A stretch of 60,571 nucleotides of DNA, filler included, from Nemertoderma westbladi (taxonomy: Eukaryota; Animalia; Xenacoelomorpha), in the NCBI GenBank assembly GCA_032718475.1. It is 3 parts of 3 records of this genome, joined end to end, with 100 filler letters (N's around TTAATTAATTAA, not from the genome) between each part and the next. Parts side by side here need not be neighbours in the genome. Positions count along the whole stretch, not along the records: positions 1 to 31,613 come from JAUCBJ010008226.1; 2 more parts are not named here. One strand, given 5' to 3'. Made by a program: the position numbers and the translations under genes. The notes beneath the pieces are model-generated. The model did not search any database, was not told the DNA's origin, and saw only the letters and a list, made by a program, of their open reading frames with translations. Shown one piece after another: positions 11,760 to 24,635 of this stretch. Numbering within the stretch: the first letter of the stretch is position 1; each line of letters begins with the position of its first letter.

Positions 11760-12925
11760 TCCGCCCAACGCTGCAAAGTACTACTTTGCAGCGTTGCAGC
11801 ATATAGGACGGAACGCTGCAAAGTAATAAATGGCTTGGAAACAACTTAAATTACCTTATTCCAGAATGTATCCTTTTCATTCATATTAATGCATTCTTTA
11901 TTATACAGTTTGCAGTGACTCCTACAATAGCTACTGTATTGATAAATAGGTAAATAAATAATTGTTTAACTTAAGGTGTAGGCCTACTGTATTGGGCATA
12001 TGTCGAAACGCTCAACAGAAGAGATTTTAGCTTCGAGTGTGCCTTCCACCAGTAAAGCAAGGTACGAAAATGCCTTCAAAGATTTCGCCGAAACTGAAAC
12101 ACCCGATGAAAGCAATTACTTGCAGTATTTCGACCATCTACACCTGGAAAATAAAGTGGCGGGGGCTGAAGGCGGGGTAGCTCAGTTGGTCGAGCGCCGG
12201 GCCTGCAATCTATTGGTTGTAGGTTCAGCACCGCCAGGGTCCACTCAGCCTTTCATCCACTGGGGTCGATAAAATGAGTACCAGTTAAATAACTGGGAGC
12301 AAATCTTGGGATAGGAGTAGCGCCCACCCCTACCCTCAGGTAGCAGCTATCGAAAGAGGAGCCTTCAGGTCGCCTCCGGCTTCGGCCGACTGTTTGCTTG
12401 CTTGCTTGCTTACACCTGGAAAAAGGATTTAAATCTCCGACTATGTGGACGACATATAGTATGCTTGCTTAATGCTTGCAACCAAAGAAAAGGAAGTGAA
12501 TGTTAACGATGAAGGAAGATGGCGCTTGGATCACAAGTCATTCTCGTACGAAGCAGCAAGGTGAGGCGGCGAAGTCATCCACGTTTCTTGTACCCAATCC
12601 AATGGCCAATCATATCGTTATCTATTTGGCTGCCCTTGAAGCTTCAATTCCCGGAAAAGTAAACGGTCCAATTTTTAAGAGCGTGCCAATTAACAAGGAA
12701 ACTGGCAGCAGTCGCTATGTGTGCACCCATAAAATCCTTTATTCACATACCGAACGCTGATAAGTTGACATAATGTAACAAATTTACATACATCATTGCT
12801 TGCAAAGGTCACTTTTCAGCGTTAAAGACCCTTAAAAGTTTATTTATGTAAACCTCCCTCGCTGCGCTCGATCGGTACATAAATAAACTCGGATCATAAC
12901 GCTGCAAAGTGCTACTTTGCACACA
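11760..12925 (+). mobile_element. Crypton-like tyrosine-recombinase element relic (internally deleted, SINE-interrupted)
   Basis: After removing the SINE the ORF reads ...VPSTSKARYENAFKDF...YLQYFDHLHLEKGFKSPTMWTTYSML, followed by ...SRTKQQ...FLV, recalling CryptonI-type YR proteins. Repeated AACGCTGCAAAGT motifs near both ends and CTCGCTGCGCTCG at ~12858. Confidence 0.6.
12152..12410 (+). mobile_element. tRNA-derived SINE with 13-bp TSD
   Basis: A-box TAGCTCAGTTGG and degenerate B-box GGTTCAGCAC; conserved-looking core CTCAGCCTTTCATCC...GGTCGATAAAATGAGTACCAG; (TTGC)n tail. TSD TACACCTGGAAAA at 12139-12151 and 12411-12423. Confidence 0.9.
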
Positions 12926-13033
12926 ATGATGTAAATAGTTATTACTATACCTCGAAAAAAACGGATTAAAAAGAAAGACAAAATAATGCTACTTTATTTT
13001 TGTAAAACATTCATTTATACATGGGAAGCCAAC

Positions 13034-13178
13034 CTGATTTAATTTGCTCTTATAGGATGTCAACAAGGGTTTACTGAACAGCTGTTTGGAACTGCAGGCA
13101 CCTGGTAGGGGTGGGGAGGACATCGATGCTGCGCAGAAGTTACATTCTGTTATCCAATCCGACAAAGAGTTTTGATCA
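13034..13178 (-). CDS. PSD: PSD/EFA6 exon (end of PH domain)
   Basis: ttctag|T GAT...CAG|gttggc; 145 bp. DWITECNFCAASMSSPPLPGACSSKQLFSKPLL matches PSD WIxxINxxAAxxSAPPxPAAxSSQKKFxRPLL. Absent from the ORF track. Confidence 0.9.
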
Positions 13179-13701
13179 CTAGAAATAGAATATTAGAATC
13201 ACATCAACAAACTAATGGATACATTTTATTGAAATTAAAGTGCAATCAGTCTTCAAAATGCTTACGGTATGAATGCGTCTTAAAAATTGATGTGAAAGTG
13301 TACATCGGGCAACTAAGTCAGCGTTGTGAATGGGTAAATAATTAATTATTAATTATAATAATTACAAGATAGGTAAATAATTATAGAGGTTATTTACTTA
13401 CATTTTCTTAATGTAATGAATTTTTGGTACTTTTGAAAAAAGGGGGCCAAAATAAAAAAAAGGCTTTACTAAAGACCTTAAACAATTTCCATGTAATGGT
13501 TCCAAACATATGAGCGGGTTGTTTATATCAAGGTTCATAATATTATATGGTTCATATTTTAGGTTCATTACTAAATGCTACCTGTTTATATGTTTGCCAT
13601 CAAAAATACACCTGTTTATATGTTTGCCATCAAAAATACCACGCCCATACTTGCCCCCCCCCCCCCCCCCCCCCTTATCAACTCTAGGGTACAGTAGATA
13701 A

Positions 13702-14075
13702 AGGCCTGTTTACACGTGGCAACTTTTATAGCAACTTTCTCGGCAACTAGCAACTTTTTTTTGGAGCAACTTAATTTAATCGCTGTTTACACGTGGCAAC
13801 TTTACCAGCAACTTGGCCGGTAACTTTTATAGCAACTTGGCTAGTTTGACTGTAAAATAGTGGGTGATTTTATCTACTAGCTAGTTTTTGATAATTTAAT
13901 TTGATTATCCCGCTTTAATTCGCCAACGCAAATTCCTTTAAGTTGCCGTAAAAGTTGAGCAACTTTTACAGCAACTATTTTACGTGTTTACACGGAGCAA
14001 CTTGATCGGCAACCTGGGTTGCACAACAAGTTGCCAAGAAAGTTGCTCTAAAAGTTGCCACGTGTAAACAGGCCT
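13702..14075. mobile_element. PIF/Harbinger (Tourist-like) MITE, TAA TSD
   Basis: TIR AGGCCTGTTTACACGTGGCAACTTTT / AAAAGTTGCCACGTGTAAACAGGCCT flanked by TAA on both sides; internal GCAACT repeats. Confidence 0.85.
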
Positions 14076-14791
14076 TAACCTCTACGTACCTCTTATATTA
14101 TTTTATTATTTTAAGAATTAAATTGAATATATTGGCGATTTAATATCTTGTCTCAATGTTATGTTATAAATTAAGGAGCCGGTTACTGTGGCATCTTTTT
14201 CTAACAAAACAATAAACGAAAATCATTAATTACAACAGATTACAATTTGTGAATAAACAAAAATAATAACTGTTAATAATGTAACAGTTCAAAGTCAACA
14301 GATAGAATTCTTGAGGTTGCCTCAGGTGTTTAACTTTCACTGAAAACTTTAAACTTTTCGTTCGTGATTGTTGTTAGGTACTCATTGAGACGCCTCATAA
14401 ACAACACTGACCTTGAAGATGCGGATAATCTCGCGAAAGTCATGGGGATAGGTAGTTGTGTCGGTTCAACTTTGTTGATAAGCCGGTATTATTAATGCAC
14501 GCTGCATTGGGCTTCTTTGCACATTGTGGTTTGCATGGTGGTGACAAAATGTTAAGCTGGTATAGATGAATGTGCAGTTTCAATGCAGCATGCTGATTAT
14601 AGATAGACTCATTGTTGCTCAATGTTGGTCGATGTTGTTCATTAATGGTTGTTAGATATTTTATCACTATCTGCTTTGAAACACTTTGCATTGAAACATA
14701 AATATGATGTTCTGCTTATTATTAAGAGGGTTCACTCTTAGAACACACCATGTATTGTTGTATTTATTACTATATTTACGTATAGACTAAC

Positions 14792-15011
14792 CCACACTGC
14801 ACAAAGTATTCGGACCAATCAGCGGTCCGTATGACAAACACATCGTTCCTCTGTTTGTATCCGCCAGCTGGTTTGCTACTAAACGAATGATGGAGTTTTA
14901 TTTTCTCGACGAATTTCCCGATGATCACGTCTTCCCATCGTTTGTAACAATTGAGGTCGACCCCTTGCAGACACACATGGTACTGCTTCCAACTCCGTTT
15001 ATTATTCGGCG
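14792..15011 (-). CDS. PSD: PSD/EFA6 exon (PH domain)
   Basis: ttttgtag|CG CCG...TGT GG|gttagt. TPNNKRSWKQYHVCLQG...LHHS...VFVIRTADWSEYFVQ matches the PSD PH motifs KRxWK, IHHA, RTADW. Confidence 0.9.
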
Positions 15012-15584
15012 CTACAAAACAAAATCAACATAAATGTGTAGCTAAATAATTATTAAGAGGTAAACTAGTGACGGGCCTAGCGGCGCGATACGGAACCGAC
15101 TTTTTACTAGAAGCAAGTAGGAAGTGATCAATCAAATGTAAATTCCATCAACAATGTTTGCCTATGGTCTGAAGGAAAGTGTTATTTACATACGGTCAGA
15201 GAGAGAGAGATTCCATTCTGTAACTTGGCAATTACTCAAATCCATTCTGGGACTAATTTTCATGCATCGCATTTCATTACATATAACGTACGTGTCAACT
15301 GAGCTGCTTTGTACGCAGATATGTACTGTATTTCGACCAGAAGCTAAATTTCTTCATTTAAAAAAAAACAGCAAACGGCACCCAGAGATAGTCAAATGAT
15401 GGATCGGATTGTCTAGATGAGGTTATGATGTCGACGGAAGGTCTAGAGTTCGAACCCTATAAATGGAACAACCCAGTTTTCGTTAAGCTTTTAACTCTAA
15501 GGCACTAGATTCACAGCCGACCCAGTAGCGATGGTAACGAACCGGGTATGTTGGTGGAGTAAATCAAGAAAGTGATTTGATAGT

Positions 15585-16238
15585 TCGAGTACTTGACCTT
15601 GTTTAGTGTCGAACCCTCCTTGTCTTACATTTTATCGAGTACTTGACCTTGTTTTAGTGTCGAACCCTCCTTGTCTTACATTTTATCGAGTACTTGACCT
15701 TGTTTAGTGTCGAACCCTCCTTGTCTTACATTTTATCGAGTACTTGACCTTGTTTTAGTGTCGAACCCTCCTTGTCTTACATTTTATCGAGTACTTGACC
15801 TTGTTTTAGTGTCGAACCCTCCTTGTCTTACATTTTATCGAGTACTTGACCTTGTTTAGTGTCGAACCCTCCTTGTCTTACATTTTATCGAGTACTTGAC
15901 CTTGTTTAGTGTCGAACACTCCTTGTCTTACATTTTATCGAGTACTTGACCTTGTTTTAGTGTCGAACCCTCCTTGTCTTACATTTTATCGAGTACTTGA
16001 CCTTGTTTAGTGTCGAACCCTCCTTGTCTTACATTTTATCGAGTACTTGACCTTGTTTAGTGTCGAACCCTCCTTGTCTTACATTTTATCGAGTACTTGA
16101 CCTTGTTTAGTGTCGAACCCTCCTTGTCTTACATTTTATCGAGTACTTGACCTTGTTTAGTGTCGAACCCTCCTTGTCTTACATTTTATCGAGTACTTGA
16201 CCTTGTCTAGTGTCGAACCCTCCTTGTCTTACATTTTA
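15585..16238. repeat. 50-51-bp minisatellite, ~13 copies
   Basis: Unit TCGAGTACTTGACCTTGTTTAGTGTCGAACCCTCCTTGTCTTACATTTTA, nearly invariant. Confidence 0.95.
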
Positions 16239-16426
16239 AAGCTGTCCTCAATATCTAAAGTGCTCGCTTAATTTGAAATAGATAAAATGAAATCAAGATC
16301 TTCTTACCATCTTTAGAAAGAGTGAGTGAAACCTTAACAGTATGATAGCATTAACGGTCTCGCGAAAACTCCACTACGTGACAATGATGATTTATTAAAC
16401 GGTAGACCAATGACTTTCATACTAAC

Positions 16427-16605
16427 TGCGTTTGAGGTCGGTGTCGTATGATTGTTTAATACCGAGCGAGCCCTGCTTTTTGATTGGCTCGAGAATCTCG
16501 GTAGGAGTCTCGGTACTGAGGGTTGATAGACTTCTGGATGGTCTCATTCTCCGGAATGAACCGCGGGGGGCGCTGCTAGATTTTTTCTTTTTTGATTCGT
16601 CATCT
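16427..16605 (-). CDS. PSD: PSD/EFA6 exon (Sec7-PH linker and PH start)
   Basis: gttttag|A GAT GAC...CGC A|gttagt. Phases 2/1 fit both neighbouring exons. KKQGSLGIKQSYDTDLKR resembles PSD KxGxLxRKxHxDxDxKK. Confidence 0.85.
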
Positions 16606-17031
16606 CTAAAACAAATTAATTTAAATCAAGATAAGTCCAACGTTAGGTCCAATAGCTTTAGCCATTGGTCGTTAGGTCTTACAGGGTTAGTTTGTGCGGA
16701 GTAAAGTCCTGAGAGTTTAAGGGAAAGGAGCAGGTTACAGAGAGATGTCATTCTAACCAAAACAATAAATGTGAGTTAGCGCAGATTGCAGTATATTTTG
16801 TTAGTAATTAGTGGTAAAAAAAATTACAATTACTACAAAATACAATACATGGGGCCACCTTCGGTACTAGTAGTTGATTCTCACAAGTTCTATCAAACTC
16901 TGTGATGTTACTAACTATTAGCAATTAATTACAATCCTCTTTCCTAGAAAAATGCGAAATAAAACGTTTTTGCATCCCAAGAAAGTTTTTAATAAATAAA
17001 TTACCATTATCAAATTTTTAAATGCTACTTA

Positions 17032-17256
<225 letters not shown>

Positions 17257-20200
17257 TTAATAAACGTTATACGTATTTAATAAAAAATATTCGCGATCAT
17301 CATCAAATGAAACACTTATATTTCACTTTGCAGTTTACCCCCATGTGAAGAATACCAGGTTAAAAACGCAGTTTAATTTAGAGCAAAATAAGCATCTAAC
17401 CAAAACAATAAACAAATTTGTATATTTATATTAGGTAATGAGATAAAAAAAAATAAACGCTATAAAACACTTAATATTGATTTCGGTGTGCGTGCAAGTA
17501 AAAAAAGATATGGAATAACGTGCAAGGTGTTCCGTACCTTTTGATCACATGAAAAGAATTTATAAAATCGTTATTCTATTTTGTACTTTTTCTTTTTGAT
17601 TTTAGGGGATAATTGAACCGTAAGAGTGAAGGGGGTGGATGTAGTGAGGGCATGGTGGGGTGGGGTGGTTGTACCCGGCGATAATACTACAAAAATTATA
17701 ATATTAAGTTAATAATAAAGGATATTATACAAACTACAGTCTTTTTTTAACTCAAAATATGTAATAAAGGAGAATTCTGTAACATAAAATATCAATGATA
17801 TATAAAGTAATGGTATAAGGCAAATAAAGTCAATAATTTATAACCAATAACTTTATAAGCCCACAAACTGGTTATTTGTGGCAAAATTAAAATATGAATG
17901 TCAAGGAGTGATTCTCCATAAAAGTGGCCAAAACTATGTTAAAAAATGAATTTCACAAAAGTATGGAATACTAAAAATATTATGAGACCTCTTTTAATGC
18001 TGAACTCAATGGTTCTATTGGTCGAGCTTATTAGGTCTTTGATTTATTTCGACAGACCATTGTCCAGCCTGTAATACCACGCACGTCATTTAATAATTTC
18101 ATATATAATTGACTTATTTCCCACACCTTAAAAAAATTAACATTGTCTGCGCCTGTAATTTTACACATTAAATTAGTATAAGTAACAAGGTATACAATAC
18201 CATGTTAACTGTGTTTAAGTATTATTAAAACTCTGAGTACTAACATTACTGGGGTGAGTACAAAACAAAGACACAAGACCCGAAGACTCAATCAAGAGCA
18301 GCACAAAACACATGTGTAACTGTTGTTTATTGTTTTGATTCCCCCAACACGCCTCTGTAACCTGCTCCTTTACCAACCTGCTCCTTTAAATGGCAATGGG
18401 ACCTAACGCTTTTTGTGACCTAACGCAACTTTACCTCTTTGTTTTGTACTCACCCTTTACTACTAAAGTACTGCAGTACTAACAGTGAGGAGAAAAAGGC
18501 AGTGCAGATTCAAAATCAGGTAAAAGGCCAAAATTATGAAACCATAATAACTATGCATAATTTGAATTTCCCACCATTCGATATGCCATAAGGTTAATCG
18601 ATTACACTAATTACAGATAGGTTTAGTAACATGCCATAACAGGCATGTGGCAGTCCATGCCTGTAATCTGTGGGACTAAACCTATTATGTCTGTAATTAG
18701 TGGACATATTACAGGCAAATTACAGGCTGGACAAGTTAAGCTCGCCTCGGTGTGTAGTAAGAAAAATAATAAGAATCATTCATTCGTTTTTATTCTGTCT
18801 GTAATATAAGATGATCTACTTATGTTTCATCTTTTGTAAGAAACTCATTTTCGTAGTACATTATGTCATGTAATAAGTGGGACAGGTTAGCGCGAACAAA
18901 CGAACTTTACAAAATTCAATCTCGGTATCTCCAGTAATTATCAGTCATTTCCCATGAAATTTTTACTGATTTGTTCGCCAATAATAGCTCTTTATTTTAA
19001 GGTACAGCCTCGGTAGTAACAACTATATGCTCGACAACAGCTTTCAATGAACTGACGTGAGACATAAATTAAAAAAATTATCCAATCTTATACGTTACAT
19101 TTGTATGAGTATTATAAACACAGGAAAGTGTTCAAATTTTACATTTACGCTTTAAGTTCAAAAACATACATTTTTGAGAAATCATTAGAAAATTAACTAT
19201 GATTACGAGGGTGTATTACCTTAAAACAAGCTCACCAGTATAATAAAATTATCTACTTTCTGAAAAACTTTACCGCATGAAATTTCGTTCACCAGATAAA
19301 ATTCTGTGGACACTTGAAGCAATGTTAAATATGAGATTATATATCTAGTAATTATATAGCTACACAATGAAACGCTATTTCCGTGTTATTTCCTGATAAC
19401 GCATAATTCCATAAATGATTTTGTTTGAAATTTAAATCACAACTTTTATCAAACACAGTCAGTGTCCATGCACAGCAGGTGCCAGGATTTTTATAAACTA
19501 CCCGTAGTATCTTTATGAAATTGCAGCTTAATTTTCTATATCGTTATGAAACATTACACTCTAGCTTGCGGTGAAAGCATTTCAAAAAATGTCTGAGTTT
19601 TGTTGAAAAATAGAGGAGATAACATCTCATAATATTTCGCAATGAAACTCAAATAAATATTTACAAATTTGGAATCGCTAGCTTTCCAAAATCAGTACAC
19701 GATGGAGATAACATTTATTTTTGCAAATGAAATCATATTCAGCAAAAAGAAAACAAGACTTTATTACTCAGACAATGTGAAATAAAAATATACCATAAGT
19801 ATATATCCGGGCGCTGTTTGCTGACCTGTGATAATAAATCAAAATGAGTTTTAGAAATGGTTTTGTTACTTTTTATAATATAATTATAATAGTAATAAAA
19901 ATACTCAACAAAAGACAATAATAAACGTATCGTATATATATACAGTTAGTAAACAAACAATGAATAAATACAGAAAAATATAATCACACACAACAAACAG
20001 TAAGTGAGTAAGTACAGTATCGTAGTGTGTCGGTTGGTGTGAAACGAAGGCCACGGGAAAAAGGGAAAAACAAAGTCAAGAATTCTCGACATTTGTAATT
20101 CAGCACAAAATATACATTGGGAAAGAAAGTAATCGTATCAATTAACAATTAATCGCAAATAATTAATTAAAATAATACAATAGGCCGCGGTAAATAAGAC

Positions 20201-20839
20201 AAGGCATAAATATATAATATATAGTGGGTAGAAATGGGAAAACGTGACTTACAATGTATAAAATGGGGAAGTTGGAAAGTTTAAGATGAATATCGGAAAA
20301 TTTATTGAGTTTAAAAGAAAAACTCCAACACAATGACGTATCGGTAGCTATAGTTACATGTAATAGCTAAAAGATGCAAGTCAGGAAACGAAATTAATAG
20401 TGTGTCTGTCAATAAATTATTAATTAGGGTCTAATAATTATATATTTATTTATATAAAATAAAAGTTATTTAAAACCAAACGAATTCCGAGAAACAAAAT
20501 GACATAACTCTATACTCTATGAATGTACTACAGAACCGGTACATACACGGTTTACTAGTCTGCTAGTGCCAGTATACCTAAACTAAACAAACAGTCCTAC
20601 TCACATGCAACACACACGTTAGCTCGTTAGGACGGTGGGAGAATTCTAGAATAAATCGCATAATTAATAGATTCTACAATTTACATACACTATATAAGCC
20701 TAACTAACTCGGTCTATCCATACAAAATTCCCTATTAATCCGAAACATATCCCCAGAAAATATAAACATTGATATACAAATTTAAGCAGCAAACTACTGG
20801 AGTCAAATAAAATGCATCCCGGACATTGTGGTTAATACA

Positions 20840-21117
20840 AAACCAATACATTGTACCTTTAGGCCTACCCAGCTATCAAACCAATACATTGTACCCTTAG
20901 GCCTACCAAACCAATACATTGTACCTTTAGGCCTACCAAATCAATACATTGTACCTTTACGCCTACCAAACCAATACATTGTACCTTTAGGCCTACCAAA
21001 CCAATACATTGTACCTTTAGGCCTACCAAACCAATACATTGTACCTTTAGGCCTACCAAACCAATACATTGTACCTTTAGGCCTACCAACCAATACATTG
21101 TACCTTTACGCCTACCA
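20840..21117. repeat. 30-bp minisatellite, ~9 copies
   Basis: Unit AACCAATACATTGTACCTTTAGGCCTACCA. Confidence 0.95.
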
Positions 21118-21419
21118 GTGTTCGATTACTAAATTGTACAAATAGTAGGGCTGACTGGTCTGCCAGTACCATACCAGAATGCAGGTACCAGTCTGCCGGT
21201 ACCAGTCTACCGGTACCGGTAGCATTGAAACTAAATAAAATATATAAAAATATCAATAAACATCATTAGGCTATCTATTCAGCATCAGATAAAATAATAG
21301 CAGTTATTATGATATTATTTATTAGTAAGGAAAACTCAACAAACATATGATATCAGTAAAGAAGCGGCATAATAGTACTCAGTACTGTACTGTGTAGTAG
21401 TAAGCTGGTTGTATTTGTA

Positions 21420-21884
21420 TTAGAAATGTTGGGGTTGTTGACTGTACATGTATTGCTGTTGTGGGTCGTACATTCCAGCCATATCGACCTGCTGCTGCTG
21501 CTGTGGGGCGGATACTGGTTGCTGGAAGTCCTGAAACCCGTAGATGTGACGCGGCAAGTCAGTTCGACTGATCTTCAGCTGCACTAAGTCGCGTTTCGAC
21601 ATCAACTTTAGGGCGTGCTCGTGGGTAGCCATGGTCACGTCAAAACCGTTAATCTCTAAAACTTTGTCGCCGATCTGCAGACCGGATTTATGGGCTGGGC
21701 CGCCTTCTAGTATGTTGGTTACGTAAATGCCGCTGTCGCCTTTGCAGAAGGGATTGCACTCCGCGTTCTGATCGATTCCACCGCCAACCCGGCAACCCAT
21801 TCGCTTACGTTGGTCCGTTCCCACTCGTCCCTTTTGTATAATTATTTCTACACAGGGGATTGTCGTGTATTCGCAATCCATCAT
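21420..21884 (-). CDS. TAX1BP3: Tax1-binding protein 3 (TIP-1)-like single-PDZ protein, intronless
   Basis: GGGIDQ...NPF...D.GIYVT...GGPA...GLQIGDK...NG.D.TM.TH..A is the TIP-1 PDZ signature. Added Q-rich tail. Confidence 0.9.
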   Translation of the reverse strand: MMDCEYTTIPCVEIIIQKGRVGTDQRKRMGCRVGGGIDQNAECNPFCKGDSGIYVTNILEGGPAHKSGLQIGDKVLEINGFDVTMATHEHALKLMSKRDLVQLKISRTDLPRHIYGFQDFQQPVSAPQQQQQVDMAGMYDPQQQYMYSQQPQHF

Positions 21885-23718
21885 CTTGCTGTCTTGGTTA
21901 ATTCAGTACTTGGTGCTTGGTTTCTTTTAAGCTGTTCGCACAGTCGTATAATATAAACCACCAGTAACCACTGAACTAACGGCAACGGTGGCCAACTCCT
22001 CGACTCGACTCCTCTACGCTCTACTCAGCAACTAGATATACTTGGTATACTGGTATAAGGGAAATAATACACACACAGGTCTAATTAGAAAATAAATGTC
22101 GCAACAATGTTCTGATTTCTATTTCTTATTTCAGTAGGCCTATTACAGATTTTCAGTTTCTAATTATTATAACAACAGAACAAGACAAGACAATAAGACA
22201 ACAAGTAAAACTACCTCCAGCTTAAGCTTGGAGCACTTTACAATACAAAGTTTCCAAATTCATGCCGCTATTGCTGTATTGGGTACAACTAGATCAGTGG
22301 ATCTCTAGACTGCTAGATACAGAGATAGAAAGGCTGAAAGTGGAACGGATTAGTTACTTTTACTCTGTTACTCGTAATGTGTAATGTCTGAATGTAGCGT
22401 TAGGTTCAAATCGGCATTCTTTAGGTCCTGTCTGCCTGTAGCGCATAGCGTTAGGTCCCGTAGCTTTAGGTCAGTAGGCCTACTGCTACTGCAGTAGGTC
22501 TAGGTCCTGGGCGCTGGGCCTGGCGCTGGTGCCTGGGCCCTGGCGCATTACAGCATTCAGGCATTAGGTCATCTAGCCAGCTAGCATTCTGGCATTACTG
22601 CATTTGGTGAGATGCTGTAACCAAGGCAGAAGGCGTACTATATACAAGGTCATGCCATGAGTTAACTGGGGGCGGTGACAGGTGACTGGGGGCAAGATTT
22701 TTTTTTACAACAATTTGATATTTGGATATGGGGAGACTTCTATAAATTTTCATTTGCTGCAATTTGGTCAATGGACGTAATTGAAGCATCCTCGTTAAGT
22801 ACTGAACTGACTGACTGAAGTAAGATAAAATTTTTTATGGTAGCTAGTTTAGGCAGGTTTAGCTAGTAATTTCGACACTGGCTGACTGGATCCGACATCC
22901 TACCTCTGTTCTCTGTACCTCCCTCTATAAATATTTTGTAGTACCCCCTACCCCGTAGCTATTTCCTTTTACTATTTGTATAGAAAATGTTCCAGAACAT
23001 GTTAGGTTTTGTTAGCTATTCATTTTTTTAAAAATTATGTTCTAGAACAAATATTTTTTGTTCTAGAACATTTTTTAGAAAAAAGTCTGGATTCTATTTA
23101 AAACGCATGGAATCGTTCTAAAACGTGTACTTAAAGTCAATAAGGTAGGTAGATCTACCAGGATTTAATGTCAGAATGTCACGGACCTAATGCAGTACCG
23201 GTACTCCAACTGCAGTAATGTATAGGCCTAATGCTAATGCAGTAATGCTACCGGTACCTGCTACCAGGACATATGTCAATGCCACGGACCTAAAGCGCCA
23301 GGCAGCCAGGACCTAACGCAGTAGGCCTACCGGTAACTGGGTAACGCACCATAACCAACTTAACACAGTAACCGTTACTTCGGTAATTCCTAGTCTGCTA
23401 GTTCAGTAGTTCCTAGACAAGTACCTGTACCGGTAGATCTACAGCAGTACTGCAGTACAGTCTGACAGTAGGCCTACCGGTACCGCTATTTATACGCAGA
23501 TACAACATAGGCCTACAACATAAGAACATAGGCCAGTAGGCTACCGGTACAGCAGAACAGCATACGGACATACAGTACACAGACTACAGGCAGGGGCTAA
23601 AAGGCTTACTGCAGTTGTTGCAGTTGCAGTTGCACTAACTACTGTATTCTAGTATTGGTCATACGTGAAATTAAAATTACGACAGGAGGAGGGGAGTACA
23701 AATTATCTAGGCCTATAC

Positions 23719-24635
23719 GGGTGTTTGAAAAAGGTGGACTGGACACAGAAAACATGGACAATGGACATTGGACAGACCAATCACGGGCGATTTGCGTCAC
23801 ACAGCATGTCCACCTTTTTCAGCTTTGTTGTCCACCTTTTTCAAATTTGAATAAGGTGGACTGGGTTGAGAAAGACAGGCAATGAATTGACCAAACAGAT
23901 TGATTTTCACATTATTATTATCCCAGACTTACTGTGACAGGCCTAGTTCAATAATATGGGGCGAGCCACGCGATAGCGTACTGTGAGGGAAAAATAATAT
24001 GCTTTATTTATCGTTCATCCCGAGATCTGTTATTAAACGACCAAGCGCAGCGAGCGAGGTAAATAAGTCCCCATATTTTGGGAGTGGCGGTCCGAAACCA
24101 TAATTCAAAGTGGAAATGGAGGCCCAAAACCTTAATTAAAACTGTCACGTAACCCCAACCTTAAATATTTTGGATCATAAATTCCACAAAATTTCTTAGA
24201 GTGCTCTACGGTACGCTAGACCTACTATTATTATACTGTAAGTCTATAGGGGGGGCAATCCGCGAGGGGGGTGGGGGGGGGGGGGGGGGGGGTAGATACG
24301 CCTAGGACACCGGCAGCATTCTTAATGCAGCTGCTTCCAGCATGCCCATTATAGATAGATAATTGAAACCTGAAAAAGGTGGACAGTCCAATCACTAATA
24401 AATAGCATTGCTTTAATACGTTTCTGATTGGTCAGACTATTATCTTTGTTTTTTGTGCATGTGTCCAGTCCACCTTTTTCAAACACACATCTTATTCCCA
24501 ATTATGTAACTAAGAAAGCGAAACTTGAAAAAGGTGGACAGACCAATTGCTACAAACTGCTTGGCATAATACGTTTCTGATTGGTCTGTCCGTTGTCCAT
24601 GTTTTCTGTGTCCAGTCCACCTTTTTCAAACACCC
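23719..24635. mobile_element. MULE-like non-autonomous element, 9-bp TSD
   Basis: TIR GGGTGTTTGAAAAAGGTGGACTGGACACAGAAAACATGGACAA with its reverse complement ending at 24635. TSD GGCCTATAC at 23710-23718 and 24636-24644. Confidence 0.85.

Noticed and set aside
12170-12245. tRNA gene
   Set aside because: Degenerate T-arm/B-box and acceptor stem; embedded in a SINE with core, tail and TSD.
15585-16238. CRISPR-like array
   Set aside because: Head-to-tail identical units with no unique spacers, no cas genes, eukaryotic intron context.
20828-21145. (NQYIVPLGLP)n ORF
   Set aside because: Translation of the 30-bp minisatellite.
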